A stretch of 64,000 nucleotides of DNA from an uncultured Gammaproteobacteria bacterium. Lineage in GTDB: Bacteria > Patescibacteriota > Microgenomatia > Daviesbacterales > UBA10151. Position numbers and translations under genes: made by a program. Shown here in pieces: positions 27,481-38,161 of this stretch (positions are counted from its first letter, which is position 1; each line of letters opens with the position of its first letter). A model generated the notes under the pieces. The model was not told where the DNA came from. It saw only the letters and a program-made list of their open reading frames with translations, and did no database searches. Location: contig CAZFYQ010000002.1 in NCBI GenBank assembly GCA_964523905.1, forward strand, positions 66,177-130,176, written 5' to 3'.

Positions 27481-30400
27481 ACTAATTGCTTTAATACTGA
27501 CAATATTTGCTTTTACAACTCCGGTTTTTGCCTCGGGAAATAATTTTGTTAATGTGGTAAATCCGGTAAGAGGTGGAGATTTTTGGTCAATTACCAATCA
27601 GCAGCCGGAAACTGTGGTGGAAGGACAAATTCAAATTTTAAATAAGCTGAATTTACCAGCTACCTGGCTGCTTCGCTTCGACGCCTTAGAAAATCAAAAG
27701 ATTATCACTGATTTAAATAGTCCCATTGATCAAAAAGGTCTATTTTTAGAAGTTACTCCTACTTGGGCCAAGGAGGCAGGAGTAACTTATCAAACAGGAC
27801 CTAGTTGGCATGATGCTGGCAGCGCTTTATTAACCGGCTACAGTCCTAGTGACAGAATAAAGCTAATTGATAGCGCTTTTAATAAATTCAAACAGACTGT
27901 TGGGTTTTATCCAAAAGCAGTTGGTGCTTGGTGGATAGATGCCTATTCCCTGGACTACATGCAAAAAAAATATGGTATTACCTCAAGTATGATAGTTTCC
28001 GATCAGTATAGTACGGATAATTACCAGATCTGGGGCCAGTATTTTTCTACTCCTTACTACCCGGCATTGAAAAACGCTTTGCACCCGGCACAGACCGTGG
28101 ATAATAAAATCCCAGTGGTGATGTTACAGTGGGCGCCTCGTGATCCGGTTAATTCATATGGTAATGGGGTATTTGAAAGTACATTTAGTGTTCAACCAAA
28201 TGATTATATTGATTATCATAAACTAGATGCTAAATATTTCACCAATTTACTAGATTTATATCAAAGCCAAAAGTTTAATAAATTTTCTGAAGTGGTAGTA
28301 GGTTTAGAAAATACTTATCAGTGGAGCAATTATTCTGCGGAATACCAAAACCAAATGCAGGTTTTAGCAAACCAAAGAAATAGTGGGAAAATTTCTTTAA
28401 TAACTATGGATGGGTTTGCTTCCTTTTATAAACAAGCTTTTCCGGATTTATCCCCTACTCAAATAATTGTTGGAAGTGATCCTCTAGGCACTGATAAAAA
28501 AGTAGTCTGGTATATGAATCCCTATTACCGGGCTGGGTGGTTTTACAATAATGAAGGTGCTTTATTTAGGGATATCCGTCAGTATGTTGATGGACAAGAG
28601 GAGCTTTGTTTTAGTACCAGATGCTCGACTGTTAATTTTGCTACCTCTGCCACCAGGGTGTTGGATGAAGTTAGTTTTGGCCAAAAATTATTGCTGGACT
28701 CGGGGAAAATTTCCAATTTTGATGTCACTCAAAATGCAGATAAATTTGTTTTAACATATCAGAACGAAGCCGGTAAACAAAGAGAGGTGGGTTTTCTGCC
28801 CCGGGATATTGAAATTGACGGCAAGGTTAGTTCAATTGATACCACTATTTTAAATGCCACCAAAAATAGTACGAGTAAGTCACCTACGGTTAACCAGACT
28901 ATTAGCGGTCCGTTTATTTTTTCTGTTTCATCAACCATTTTAGAATCCTTAAAGTTTCTACTATTTATAACTTTTGGCATGGTGATTCCGGGAATAGTAT
29001 TTACTAGACTGGCAATTAACCAAAAGTTGGGTTCATTAAACAGATTATTTTTATCAGCTGTTAGCGGTTTGGTGGTTTTTACTTTAATCTTTTATCTTTT
29101 GGCAGAATTTAAATTAACTGTTTTAATTTATGTTTATCTGATTTTGTCATTACTAATCTTTTTGTGGTTTTATGTTAAGGATACTTTAAGTATGGCCTTA
29201 CCAAAAATTAAAAGTATCTATGACTTAGGACTTGTGATCATAGTTACTTTGGGAACTATTTTTCAAGTCCTGCCTACTTTTCAAAGCGGTTTACGGTTTG
29301 GATATGGCATGGGACTGTGGGGACCTAATACCCATGATGGAATGTGGCATCTGGCGTTGATTAATCAGTTATTAAAACAAGTGCCACCGCAAAACCCGAT
29401 TTTTGCCAGAACTATCTTAAAAAATTATCACTATCTATATGATTTATTAGTTGCTGCTACTGTTTCCATATCTAAAGTTCCTGCCACTGATTTAGTATTT
29501 AGATTTTATCCAATCTTATTCTCACTACTTTTGGGAATTGGCAGTTATTATTTAATATCCCGATTATTTAATCAAAAATCTCTGATAAAAATTAAATTAA
29601 TTTCCTTATTTAGTTTGTATTTTATTTACTTTGCCGGATCATTTGGTTGGATTGTGGAATATATTCATCAAAAACATTGGGGAGGGGAGTCGGCTTTTTG
29701 GGCTAACCAATCAATCTCTTTTAATCTTAATCCACCGTTTGCCATCTCTTTGGTAATTATGATTGCGCTATTACAGTTGTTGCCATATTTATCTACTAAA
29801 AACCGAGGGCTCATTATTTTACTATCAATAATTTCCGGAGCTTTAATTTCTTTTAAAGCTTATGCTGGTATTTTAGTATTATCAACACTTCTAACAGTAG
29901 CCATACTAAAACGATCCATGTCCCATTTGTCAGTTTTTGTGCTTAGTTTTTTATTATCAGCATTACTATTTTTATCCAATTTTTCTGTTGGTCAAAGTCT
30001 AATTATGGTTTCACCATTTTGGTTTGTAAATTCAATGATTGATGCACCGGATCGGGTTGGTTGGTATAGGCTTTCTTTAACACGGAATGTGGGACTGGCT
30101 ACTGGTAATTGGTTTAAGTTTATTGGCGCGGAAATTATTAGTCTAGTAATTTTTATTGCGGGGAATTTGGGTACTAGGGTATTTGCGTTAATTAGTTTGA
30201 TTAAATTAAAAGCTATTTGGAAAAATAATCACTATCTATTTTTGCTAATCTTAGGACTCTTTTCATTACTAATTCCGATTATTTTTATTCAGGCAGGAAA
30301 CCCTTGGAATACTATCCAATTTATCTATTACTTTTTATATTTAGCTGCCTTAATAAACGGTGTAGTCATGGTTAAAATGCTAACAAAGTTTAACAAGGTA

Positions 30401-30895
30401 GTAGGTTTTTTACTGTGTTTCGTAATTTTAACCTTAACACCAATTAATGCTTGGACTACTGCTAAGGGTTACCTAAACGAGCAACCTCATGCTTATATCA
30501 GTAATGATGAGTTAAGTGCTTTACAATTTCTTAAGGATCAGCCGGATGGAGTGGTACTGACCTATCCTTATGATAGTAATCTAAAAGGCGGTATTGCCCA
30601 GCCCTGGCCACTGGTTGCCTATGACAGCACGGCTTATGTAGCAGCTTTTAGTAATAAACCAAGTTTTCTGGAAGATGAAGCCCAAAACCAGATTTTATTA
30701 ACTAATAATCAAAAGAGATTAATTGCATCAAAAGATTTTTTTACCCAGCCAAATCCTGATTTAAATTTTCTAAGGAAAAATCAGATTAAATACATTTATC
30801 TTCCCAAAATATATAATGTAAGGGTTGATCAAAGTCAGGGTAGCATTAAAACTTTGCTGGAAAATAGCCAGGTAGTTATTTATGAAATCAATTAG
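27473..30895 (+). CDS. Fusion: secreted carbohydrate-active barrel (DUF3863/deacetylase-GH-like) plus GT-C-like membrane domain
   Basis: Signal peptide; LPATWLLRFDAL, GY.P.DR.KLID..F..F....GFYPK.VGAWWIDA, DQ.STDNY.IWG..YYP; C-terminal HDGMWHL..., NP.FA...L.NYHY..D, GGES.FW. Confidence 0.7.
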   Translation: MVKLIALILTIFAFTTPVFASGNNFVNVVNPVRGGDFWSITNQQPETVVEGQIQILNKLNLPATWLLRFDALENQKIITDLNSPIDQKGLFLEVTPTWAKEAGVTYQTGPSWHDAGSALLTGYSPSDRIKLIDSAFNKFKQTVGFYPKAVGAWWIDAYSLDYMQKKYGITSSMIVSDQYSTDNYQIWGQYFSTPYYPALKNALHPAQTVDNKIPVVMLQWAPRDPVNSYGNGVFESTFSVQPNDYIDYHKLDAKYFTNLLDLYQSQKFNKFSEVVVGLENTYQWSNYSAEYQNQMQVLANQRNSGKISLITMDGFASFYKQAFPDLSPTQIIVGSDPLGTDKKVVWYMNPYYRAGWFYNNEGALFRDIRQYVDGQEELCFSTRCSTVNFATSATRVLDEVSFGQKLLLDSGKISNFDVTQNADKFVLTYQNEAGKQREVGFLPRDIEIDGKVSSIDTTILNATKNSTSKSPTVNQTISGPFIFSVSSTILESLKFLLFITFGMVIPGIVFTRLAINQKLGSLNRLFLSAVSGLVVFTLIFYLLAEFKLTVLIYVYLILSLLIFLWFYVKDTLSMALPKIKSIYDLGLVIIVTLGTIFQVLPTFQSGLRFGYGMGLWGPNTHDGMWHLALINQLLKQVPPQNPIFARTILKNYHYLYDLLVAATVSISKVPATDLVFRFYPILFSLLLGIGSYYLISRLFNQKSLIKIKLISLFSLYFIYFAGSFGWIVEYIHQKHWGGESAFWANQSISFNLNPPFAISLVIMIALLQLLPYLSTKNRGLIILLSIISGALISFKAYAGILVLSTLLTVAILKRSMSHLSVFVLSFLLSALLFLSNFSVGQSLIMVSPFWFVNSMIDAPDRVGWYRLSLTRNVGLATGNWFKFIGAEIISLVIFIAGNLGTRVFALISLIKLKAIWKNNHYLFLLILGLFSLLIPIIFIQAGNPWNTIQFIYYFLYLAALINGVVMVKMLTKFNKVVGFLLCFVILTLTPINAWTTAKGYLNEQPHAYISNDELSALQFLKDQPDGVVLTYPYDSNLKGGIAQPWPLVAYDSTAYVAAFSNKPSFLEDEAQNQILLTNNQKRLIASKDFFTQPNPDLNFLRKNQIKYIYLPKIYNVRVDQSQGSIKTLLENSQVVIYEIN

Positions 30896-32504
30896 TAAAT
30901 CAATTCAAATACTACTGCTCATACTGTTTGTGGCATTAATTTTGCGAGTGGTTTTTATTAACTCCAGCCCGCTTTCTTTATACGGCGATGAATTGACGAT
31001 TACCTTAGACGCTAATTCTTTAATTCGTACCGGTTACGATCAGTTGGGTAATATTTTACCTTTAACTTTTCCAATGGGAGCAGGTAGACCAGGAGGATAT
31101 GTTTATTTTTCAATGCCGTTTATGCTGCTTTTTGGCCCAACTGCCTTAGGAGTTAGAGCACTGTCTATCTTATCAGGTCTGGGAATTATTACGCTTTTAT
31201 ATTTTATCTGTAGAAAATTATTTTCTGAGAAAGCCGCAGTAATGGTGGCAATTATGGCAGCAATTGATCCTTGGGAAATCTCTTTAAGCAGGGGAGGGTT
31301 TGAGGCTCATTTTGCTCTGTTTTTGCTACTTTTGGGACTTTATTTTCTGTTAAAAGCTAAGGAAAAGCCTATTTTTTATTTATGGTCAGCTATTAGTTTG
31401 GGTCTGACAGTGCACACCTATCCTACATATAAAGTGACCTTGCCCTTGTTTTTACTGCTGGCTGTTTGGTTTATTGGATTTAAACAAATGATTGGTGAAT
31501 CGAGAAAATATTTTATCAGTGGCCTGGTGATTTTATGTTTAATTGGACTAGTGGCTTTTAGCCAAACTTTTATTGGTGGATCGGAAGTGAGATTTTTTAG
31601 TATCAATGTTTTTTCACAAACAGATATTAAAGCAATGATTGAACAAAAACTTAATCTGGAAAGAAGTATCACAGTTTTGCCAGAATCTTTGGCGAAATTT
31701 TTTCATAATAAACCAGTTGAGTATTTCAAAATTTTATCTGAAAATTATTTACATAATTTTTCCTTTGATTTTTTGTTTATTCATGGTGACCGTAACCCCC
31801 GACATAATATGACCACCATGGGCGAATTTTACGCAGCAGAAATGGTTCTGATATTAATTGGACTGTTGTCTTTGGCGGGAAACAAAAAAACTTTGTTTTT
31901 TTTGATAAGCTGGATTTTAATTGGTCCTTTGGCTAGTGCGGTGATCGGAGACCCACATGCTTTAAGAAGTGCTTTGGAATTTGCTCCATTAACTATTTTA
32001 TCTGGCCTTGGGCTGCTTGCGTTATATAACCAAAAAAGTAAATTGCCATTAATGCTGGTCAGTTTTGCTTTAATTATACAAATGATTTTCTTTTTGCAAA
32101 AATTATATTTTCTGGCACCTAGGGAATATGCCAATTTCTGGGCCTATTCGGCAAAATTGGCAACCAATATTGTGTTAGAAAATAGATCTCAATATGATTA
32201 TATTTTTGTATCCGATCAAATTGACAGCGTAGAATTTGGTTATCCGGTTTATGCCAAGGTGAACCCGGCTGATGTGATTGATCGTAATAAAAATAAATAT
32301 CAGCTAAATGGCTTAAGTTTTAAAAAGTTTGATAATGTTTACGTAGGTTTTATTCCCAAAACTGACACTGAAAAATTTCTAAACACTATTAAAGGAAAAG
32401 TGTTATTTATTGGGGATGCGGAAATGAGTAAGTATTTAAAGGATTATCAAATTATCAAAGGAGAGGATAAATTTACCACCTTGATTGTAAGTAAACATCT
32501 GTAA
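30882..32504 (+). CDS. GT-C glycosyltransferase (PMT_2/ArnT-like)
   Basis: LYGDEL...A.SLIRTGYDQLG..LP, GVRALS, PWEISLSRGGFEA, FLFIHGDRNPRH, PHALRS. Confidence 0.85.
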   Translation: MKSISKSIQILLLILFVALILRVVFINSSPLSLYGDELTITLDANSLIRTGYDQLGNILPLTFPMGAGRPGGYVYFSMPFMLLFGPTALGVRALSILSGLGIITLLYFICRKLFSEKAAVMVAIMAAIDPWEISLSRGGFEAHFALFLLLLGLYFLLKAKEKPIFYLWSAISLGLTVHTYPTYKVTLPLFLLLAVWFIGFKQMIGESRKYFISGLVILCLIGLVAFSQTFIGGSEVRFFSINVFSQTDIKAMIEQKLNLERSITVLPESLAKFFHNKPVEYFKILSENYLHNFSFDFLFIHGDRNPRHNMTTMGEFYAAEMVLILIGLLSLAGNKKTLFFLISWILIGPLASAVIGDPHALRSALEFAPLTILSGLGLLALYNQKSKLPLMLVSFALIIQMIFFLQKLYFLAPREYANFWAYSAKLATNIVLENRSQYDYIFVSDQIDSVEFGYPVYAKVNPADVIDRNKNKYQLNGLSFKKFDNVYVGFIPKTDTEKFLNTIKGKVLFIGDAEMSKYLKDYQIIKGEDKFTTLIVSKHL

Positions 32505-33766
32505 TGTTTCACGCTTTAGATAATATCAGTTTAAAAAAATTATTTATTCTGGCAATCCTTCTAAGACTTTTGGTGATGCCGTTTTATTTTCATCCGGATA
32601 TTAAAACAACTTATTTTCAAACTTCATTTTTAAGTAAAGGGGTAGTTAATATTTATACATATATCAGTAACAATAAAACTAGCTTGCCTGTTAGAGATGA
32701 TTTTACATATTTTCCCTTAACCTATTTTTTGCTGGGTGGTTATGAAATTTTAGTATCACCAATATTAGGAATTGATTTTCAAAAATGGTTATTTGATGCC
32801 TCAACTTACGCCCCAACCGCCGCTCATATTTTTAAATATCTATTTGTTTTAAAGCTGCCATATCTAGTTTTAGATATCTTAACCGGCTTTTTATTAATGC
32901 AATTTTTTGTAAATAGGCAGGATCAAAAAAAGGCTGCTGTTTTTTGGTTATTTAATCCAATTTGGCTAATTCTAATTCACATATATAGTAACTTTGATAT
33001 TATTCCGGTTTTCATTACCACAGCCGCATTACTGCTATTTATCAAAGGCAAGAATTTTCTGTCAGCTGTTTTAATTGGGGTCGCTGCTGGTTTTAAAGCC
33101 TATCCGCTACTTTTTTTACCATTTATGATGCTTTATACAAAAAATCTTAAGCAGTCGCTGGTCACTTTATTATCAGGCCTGATAACATTTATATTAATTG
33201 TCTTACCTTTTTGGTCAGAAAGTTTTAAAAATCAGGCTTTAGTGTCAGGACTAACCTCGCGAATCTTTTTATCTAGTATTAGTATCGGATTTGGTGAAGC
33301 CTTGCCGGTTTCAATTATTTTATTTTCTCTACTGTTTTTCTATTGTTTAAATAAAAAAGATAAAAAAAGAGAGGATGTGCTACCGGTTTTACTGGCAGAG
33401 CTATTAATTTTATTTTCCTTTATACATTTCCATATTGCCTGGCTGCTTTGGCTGGCGCCGCTTTTTACCATTATTTTAATCATGAAAACTGCTTTGCAAA
33501 AGATTTTATATCTTAATTTAATAATTGCTTTTTTAATCCCTCTGTTATATCAAGATCAGTCAATGACTTTTGGGCTGCTTAGGGCCATTAGTCCAATTTA
33601 TAATCAACTACCAATGCCTTTTGTAATATTGCAGCACTTTTATGATCCTTATCTGGTACAGAGTGCCCTGCAAAGTGCACTAGCAGGAGGAAGCTTAATA
33701 TTGATTTGGAATTTGTTCCAGGCAAACCCTGAAAGAACAAGTTCTTTAAGAGAAGAAAAAATATGA
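32504..33766 (+). CDS. GT-C glycosyltransferase (GT87/DUF2029-like)
   Basis: FHPDI, YFPLTY, LKLPYL..D, WLFNP, FDIIP, FK.YP. Confidence 0.7.
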   Translation: MFHALDNISLKKLFILAILLRLLVMPFYFHPDIKTTYFQTSFLSKGVVNIYTYISNNKTSLPVRDDFTYFPLTYFLLGGYEILVSPILGIDFQKWLFDASTYAPTAAHIFKYLFVLKLPYLVLDILTGFLLMQFFVNRQDQKKAAVFWLFNPIWLILIHIYSNFDIIPVFITTAALLLFIKGKNFLSAVLIGVAAGFKAYPLLFLPFMMLYTKNLKQSLVTLLSGLITFILIVLPFWSESFKNQALVSGLTSRIFLSSISIGFGEALPVSIILFSLLFFYCLNKKDKKREDVLPVLLAELLILFSFIHFHIAWLLWLAPLFTIILIMKTALQKILYLNLIIAFLIPLLYQDQSMTFGLLRAISPIYNQLPMPFVILQHFYDPYLVQSALQSALAGGSLILIWNLFQANPERTSSLREEKI

Positions 33767-34440
33767 AAAGTATAATAACCACTGTTTCCATAATTTTGCT
33801 GCTTATTGTATTGCCTGCTCTGCTTACTTTGGGAGTTAGATACTTACCTGATAGATATCAACCATCCTTAGATAAAGTATTTGATCTTTATGGACCGACT
33901 TCCTTATCTCAGAGTTTTATAGCAACAGATGATAACCTTGCCATAATTGGTCTAAGTATTAAAAATCCTAATCTACAAAACAAAAAAGATCTAACCCTAA
34001 CAGTTGTTGATAGCGGTAACAATATTTTGAGCACATCTACACTAAATGGAGCTTCGATTCCGGATGGTGATTTTGTGAAATTTAAATTCTCACCGATTAT
34101 CAGTAGCAAAAGTAAGCATTTAACATTTGTCTTGTCATCGCCATCTTCCAATAGAAATGACGCTTTGGAAATATTTTTGACAAAACAAAAACTGACCGGG
34201 GTAGATGACTTAAAGAAATTACCTCTTAGTGTTGACGCATCTGATGTGGCTTCCACCAGTGCCTCATTTGTGCCTTTTTATAAGGTAAACTCGCCGCTTT
34301 CTTTAATTAAAAATACGGTTTCAGATTTTTCCAGTCGCTTTTTTGCAGATCGAATTTTTGCAGTTTGCTATATTCTGCTAGTAGCTCTACTTTTAATTAC
34401 TTTACTTGCCAAATTTCCACTAAATCGTTTGAGAAAATAG
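33763..34440 (+). CDS. Hypothetical membrane protein with extracellular beta domain
   Basis: TM at each end and a SLSQSFIAT.DNL..I.L motif; ATGA overlap with the upstream gene. Confidence 0.65.
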   Translation: MKSIITTVSIILLLIVLPALLTLGVRYLPDRYQPSLDKVFDLYGPTSLSQSFIATDDNLAIIGLSIKNPNLQNKKDLTLTVVDSGNNILSTSTLNGASIPDGDFVKFKFSPIISSKSKHLTFVLSSPSSNRNDALEIFLTKQKLTGVDDLKKLPLSVDASDVASTSASFVPFYKVNSPLSLIKNTVSDFSSRFFADRIFAVCYILLVALLLITLLAKFPLNRLRK

Positions 34441-36376
34441 GTTTTAAGTCGGTTTTGGTTAGATCTACTAGGGGTTTTTGGGCTTTGGGAAAATATAGAT
34501 AACTGACATTTAGGGCTTTGATTCTAGATTCAAAAGTTTTCGGCTCAGTCTCTAAAAACAATTCTTGTTGGGTGTTTAGTCTTGGTTTTAAGTCGTATCC
34601 CATGATATCAACTTGTTCTGTATCTGCCAGATAAGTTCTTCTATTAGATAGGGCTGTCACATAGCCCGTGTCAGACCAATCCCATATTTGCGGGACAATG
34701 GATGGTAAGTTTAAGTATTGGTTGTATGGCGGCGTTAAAACTACACTGTTATCGTCTGAATTCTGTTTCAAAAAATTAAGAGCTACGAGTTCCTTTTGAT
34801 CGACTTTGGCAAAAGGAGGCCGGCTATAAAAGCTATTAATTAATGAAATCTGTGTAGGAACTGCTAACAAGATAATTAAAAAACCGAGCAGGAAATTTAT
34901 GAAGCGGTACTTAATTTTTTTAGATATTTCACTGACAAAAACCGCAGAGATTATTCCCATTAGCAGTAAATAGTATTGCAAAAACTGAATTGAATTTGAG
35001 GCCACCCCTTTTTGCAAAAAAAGCATCGGTAAAATAAATGAGATCAAAATGATCAGAATTATTATCAAATTTAAATGATTACTAAAAGATTTTTTAATAA
35101 GTCTTGGTAGGGAAAATAGAGCTAAAAATCTCATGCCAAGATTTCCAAAAAAGAAAATTAAAAAAGCCTCAGTTTCTAGCTGGATCACTCTTTTCCAGTT
35201 ATGGTCGGCAATATAGGTTTGTCTCCGGAGCTCCATATCCAGTTGGTTTAATCTGTCTGGAGTCACAACCATGGTTCTGACATACCACCATGGCTGAAAT
35301 ATTAAAAAAGCGCCTGAGTCTTGAGAGTTTGGTAAATAAAGTATTGCAGAAAGTATGCTGCTGCTAAAAAACAAAGATAGGATATTAAACTTTCTTTCTC
35401 TGATTAATTGCCAAAGGCCTACTAAGCCTAAGCTGGCTAAGATGACCACCGCTCCATAAACTTTAAATACTGCCAGGGTTCCTGCCAAAATTGTGCACAC
35501 AAAAAATAAATATTTGGTCTGTTTTTCGATAAAAAAACTAAATAAATACAAAAAAGCTAAAACAATAATAAAAGCCGCGGCTTGAGGGGGATTACCAATT
35601 GAGCTTTGGACTTGTGAGGCCCAGAAGATACTTTCTCCGCCAATAGAACGGTCTTTTAAGTAAGTGAGAATATAACCAAAGCTACCGGCAAAATAAGTAA
35701 AAACTGTCGCCCAAAGACCGGTTTGAAAATTACCACCCAGCTTTTTTCCTAACAGATATGCTAGTCCGCCTAAGAGTATTGAGAAAAGCAAAGGAAAAAA
35801 TCTAAAATAAAGATCAAACAAGGAAAATTTAAAAAACAAATTAAAATCAGATGGGGCAATATCAGAAAAAAAATGATAATTTACTAGTCTGGTACCGGCA
35901 AAGACCGGGTTTTGCAGAGGATAACCTTTTTGATATTCCTGCATTAAACTAATGTGCCACAGCCCATCATGGCCATGAGAACTCCAAAACACTAAATCTC
36001 CATTTAAATTAATTCCGCTAGGTGCAATTATGAGCAATTGTCCGGTGATGCCAATGATAAAGACTAGTAAAATTAAACTAAGTCTTTTTCCAGAAGGTCG
36101 GGTGTATTTTTTAAACAGGTTAGGTAGTTTTTTAATCTCCAGAAAAGAAAATATCAAAATTAGCGGTAACAATAGAAAATGTAACTTTATAACACTAAAC
36201 AAATAAGAAACTAAAGAAAAAAATACCAGTCCTACCACAGACCCCAGGATAATTTTTTCCCAGAAATTTAATTTATCTGTAGACTTTTCTAAAAAATAAA
36301 TGCCTGGTAGAGTAAAAAAAGCTGTTGCAAGGCCAATAAAAGCCACTAACTGAACTATCAGTAAAACGAAATACAT
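34397..36376 (-). CDS. GT-C-like membrane protein, paralog of the C-terminal half of 27473-30895
   Basis: HDGLWHISL, PLQNPVFAG..LVNYHFFSD, YFAGSFG, GGESIFW...NPP; likely start ATG 36376, 6 nt after TGGCATAAT. Confidence 0.75.
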   Translation of the reverse strand: MYFVLLIVQLVAFIGLATAFFTLPGIYFLEKSTDKLNFWEKIILGSVVGLVFFSLVSYLFSVIKLHFLLLPLILIFSFLEIKKLPNLFKKYTRPSGKRLSLILLVFIIGITGQLLIIAPSGINLNGDLVFWSSHGHDGLWHISLMQEYQKGYPLQNPVFAGTRLVNYHFFSDIAPSDFNLFFKFSLFDLYFRFFPLLFSILLGGLAYLLGKKLGGNFQTGLWATVFTYFAGSFGYILTYLKDRSIGGESIFWASQVQSSIGNPPQAAAFIIVLAFLYLFSFFIEKQTKYLFFVCTILAGTLAVFKVYGAVVILASLGLVGLWQLIRERKFNILSLFFSSSILSAILYLPNSQDSGAFLIFQPWWYVRTMVVTPDRLNQLDMELRRQTYIADHNWKRVIQLETEAFLIFFFGNLGMRFLALFSLPRLIKKSFSNHLNLIIILIILISFILPMLFLQKGVASNSIQFLQYYLLLMGIISAVFVSEISKKIKYRFINFLLGFLIILLAVPTQISLINSFYSRPPFAKVDQKELVALNFLKQNSDDNSVVLTPPYNQYLNLPSIVPQIWDWSDTGYVTALSNRRTYLADTEQVDIMGYDLKPRLNTQQELFLETEPKTFESRIKALNVSYLYFPKAQKPLVDLTKTDLKPIFSNDLVEIWQVK

Positions 36377-36464
36377 ATTCACATTATGCCAGAAAGGATC
36401 GTTAGAAACTAGCTGAAGGTGGATTTGATTTTACATACACCCCCTAAATTAGTAAGATAAGACT

Positions 36465-37349
36465 ATGACAAAGATATCGGCTGTTGTAAATGCCTTTAAT
36501 GAGGAAAAAAACATTCAAATAGCCATTAAATCCGTAAAATGGGCTGCTGAAGTATTAGTGTGTGACATGGAATCTTCAGATAAGACGGTTAGTATTGCCA
36601 AAGCCTTAGGAGCTAAAGTAATTTCACATAAGAATATGGGTTTTGTTGAACCAGGGCGAAATTTCGCAATCGAGAAGGCTGCAGGGGATTGGATTTTAAT
36701 TTTAGATGCTGATGAAGAGATCCCGGAAACCTTGGCCAAACATTTGCAGCAGTTGGCTGATAAAAATCCGGAAATAAATTATGTTGAAATTCCCCGCAAA
36801 AATATTATCTTTAATAAATGGATTGAGCACACTGGTTGGTGGCCGGATACGCAGATCCGCTTTTTTAAAAAAGGTACTGTGACCTGGAAGGACCAAATTC
36901 ATAGTAAACCAGAAACTAAAGGCCTCGGTCTTACTCTGGAGCCAGAAGAACAGTGGGCCATTATTCACAGAAATTACCGCTCAATTTCTGATTACCTGGG
37001 GAAATTAAACCGTTATACAGATGTTCAGGCAAAAGAACTATTAGATACCGGTTATGAATTCAAAAAAGAAGATCTATGGAATAAACCACTTGCTGAATTT
37101 TTATCCCGTTATTTTGCAAATAATGGATACCATGATGGATTACATGGATTGGTTTTGAGTTTGCTGCAGGCGGTCTCTTTTTTGGTTTTGTATTTAAAAG
37201 TTTGGGAGAAAAAAGGATTTAGTCAACAGGATATCGAATTATCAGAGTTTAATGAGCAAACCAAAATTATTGGCAAAGATGTTGATTACTGGGTTAAGCA
37301 AATCAAAGGGGGATCTTTAAAGCAAATATTTAAGATTTTTAAAAAATGA
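36465..37349 (+). CDS. GT2 (WaaE/KdtX-like)
   Basis: NEEKNI, D.ESSDKT, RNFA...A.GDWILILDADE, W.PD.QIRFF, Y..KLNRYT, DGLHG. Confidence 0.88.
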   Translation: MTKISAVVNAFNEEKNIQIAIKSVKWAAEVLVCDMESSDKTVSIAKALGAKVISHKNMGFVEPGRNFAIEKAAGDWILILDADEEIPETLAKHLQQLADKNPEINYVEIPRKNIIFNKWIEHTGWWPDTQIRFFKKGTVTWKDQIHSKPETKGLGLTLEPEEQWAIIHRNYRSISDYLGKLNRYTDVQAKELLDTGYEFKKEDLWNKPLAEFLSRYFANNGYHDGLHGLVLSLLQAVSFLVLYLKVWEKKGFSQQDIELSEFNEQTKIIGKDVDYWVKQIKGGSLKQIFKIFKK

Positions 37350-38149
37350 TTAGTGTAATTATTATTGCTAAAAATGAGGAGCAAAGAATTAAGGTCTGTT
37401 TAGAATCTGTTAAATGGGCTGATGAAATAATTGTGTGTGCTAATGGTTCTACAGATCAGACAGTTGAGATTGCCAAAAAATATACTAAAAAAATTATCAG
37501 CTTTAAGGGTGAAGATTTTGCTGAGTGGAGAAATCAGGCTACCAAGGAAGCTACCGGAGACTGGATTCTATACATTGATCCGGATGAGCGGGTTACTGAA
37601 AAACTTAAATTAGAGATTTTACAAATTGTACAAACCGGGGATCGGGTTGCTTATGCAATTTCTCGGAAGAATTTTATTTTTGGTGAAAGAGTTACTTATG
37701 GACCATTTTGGCCGGATTGGGTCATTAGATTAATTAAACAAGATGCCCTAGAGGGTTGGTTTGGTAAAGTTCATGAACAGCCAAAATATCAAGGCAGGTT
37801 GGGTTATTTATCAGGATCATTAATACATTTGACTCATCGAAATCTAGACCAAATTGTTTTAAAAAGTTTGGAGTGGAGCAAAATTGATGCCAAATTAAGA
37901 CTAGACTCTCACCATCCAAAAATGTCCGGCTGGAGATTTCTACGGATTTTTATTAGCGAAACCTGGAATCAGGGAATTAAAAGAGGCGGTTTTTTTAACG
38001 GCACTGTTGGAGTAATGGATTCCTTGCTTCAGTCATTTAGTTTATTTATGACCTATGTTAGGTTGTGGGAAATGCAGCAGCAAAAATCCCGTGAAGAGAT
38101 TTACGATGAACTTGATCAAAAATTACTGGAAAGCCATTTTGAACTTTAA
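37346..38149 (+). CDS. GT2 (WaaE/KdtX-like)
   Basis: IIAKNEE, GSTDQT, F..WRN.A...ATGDWILYIDPDER, WPD...RL, VHE. Confidence 0.88.
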   Translation: MISVIIIAKNEEQRIKVCLESVKWADEIIVCANGSTDQTVEIAKKYTKKIISFKGEDFAEWRNQATKEATGDWILYIDPDERVTEKLKLEILQIVQTGDRVAYAISRKNFIFGERVTYGPFWPDWVIRLIKQDALEGWFGKVHEQPKYQGRLGYLSGSLIHLTHRNLDQIVLKSLEWSKIDAKLRLDSHHPKMSGWRFLRIFISETWNQGIKRGGFFNGTVGVMDSLLQSFSLFMTYVRLWEMQQQKSREEIYDELDQKLLESHFEL

Positions 38150-38161
38150 GGAAACATTATT

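Noticed and set aside
33350-33372. Poly-A tracts as phase-variation switches
   Set aside because: The tracts are short, in frame and expected in AT-rich Lys-coding DNA; the only frameshift seen is not in a homopolymer.
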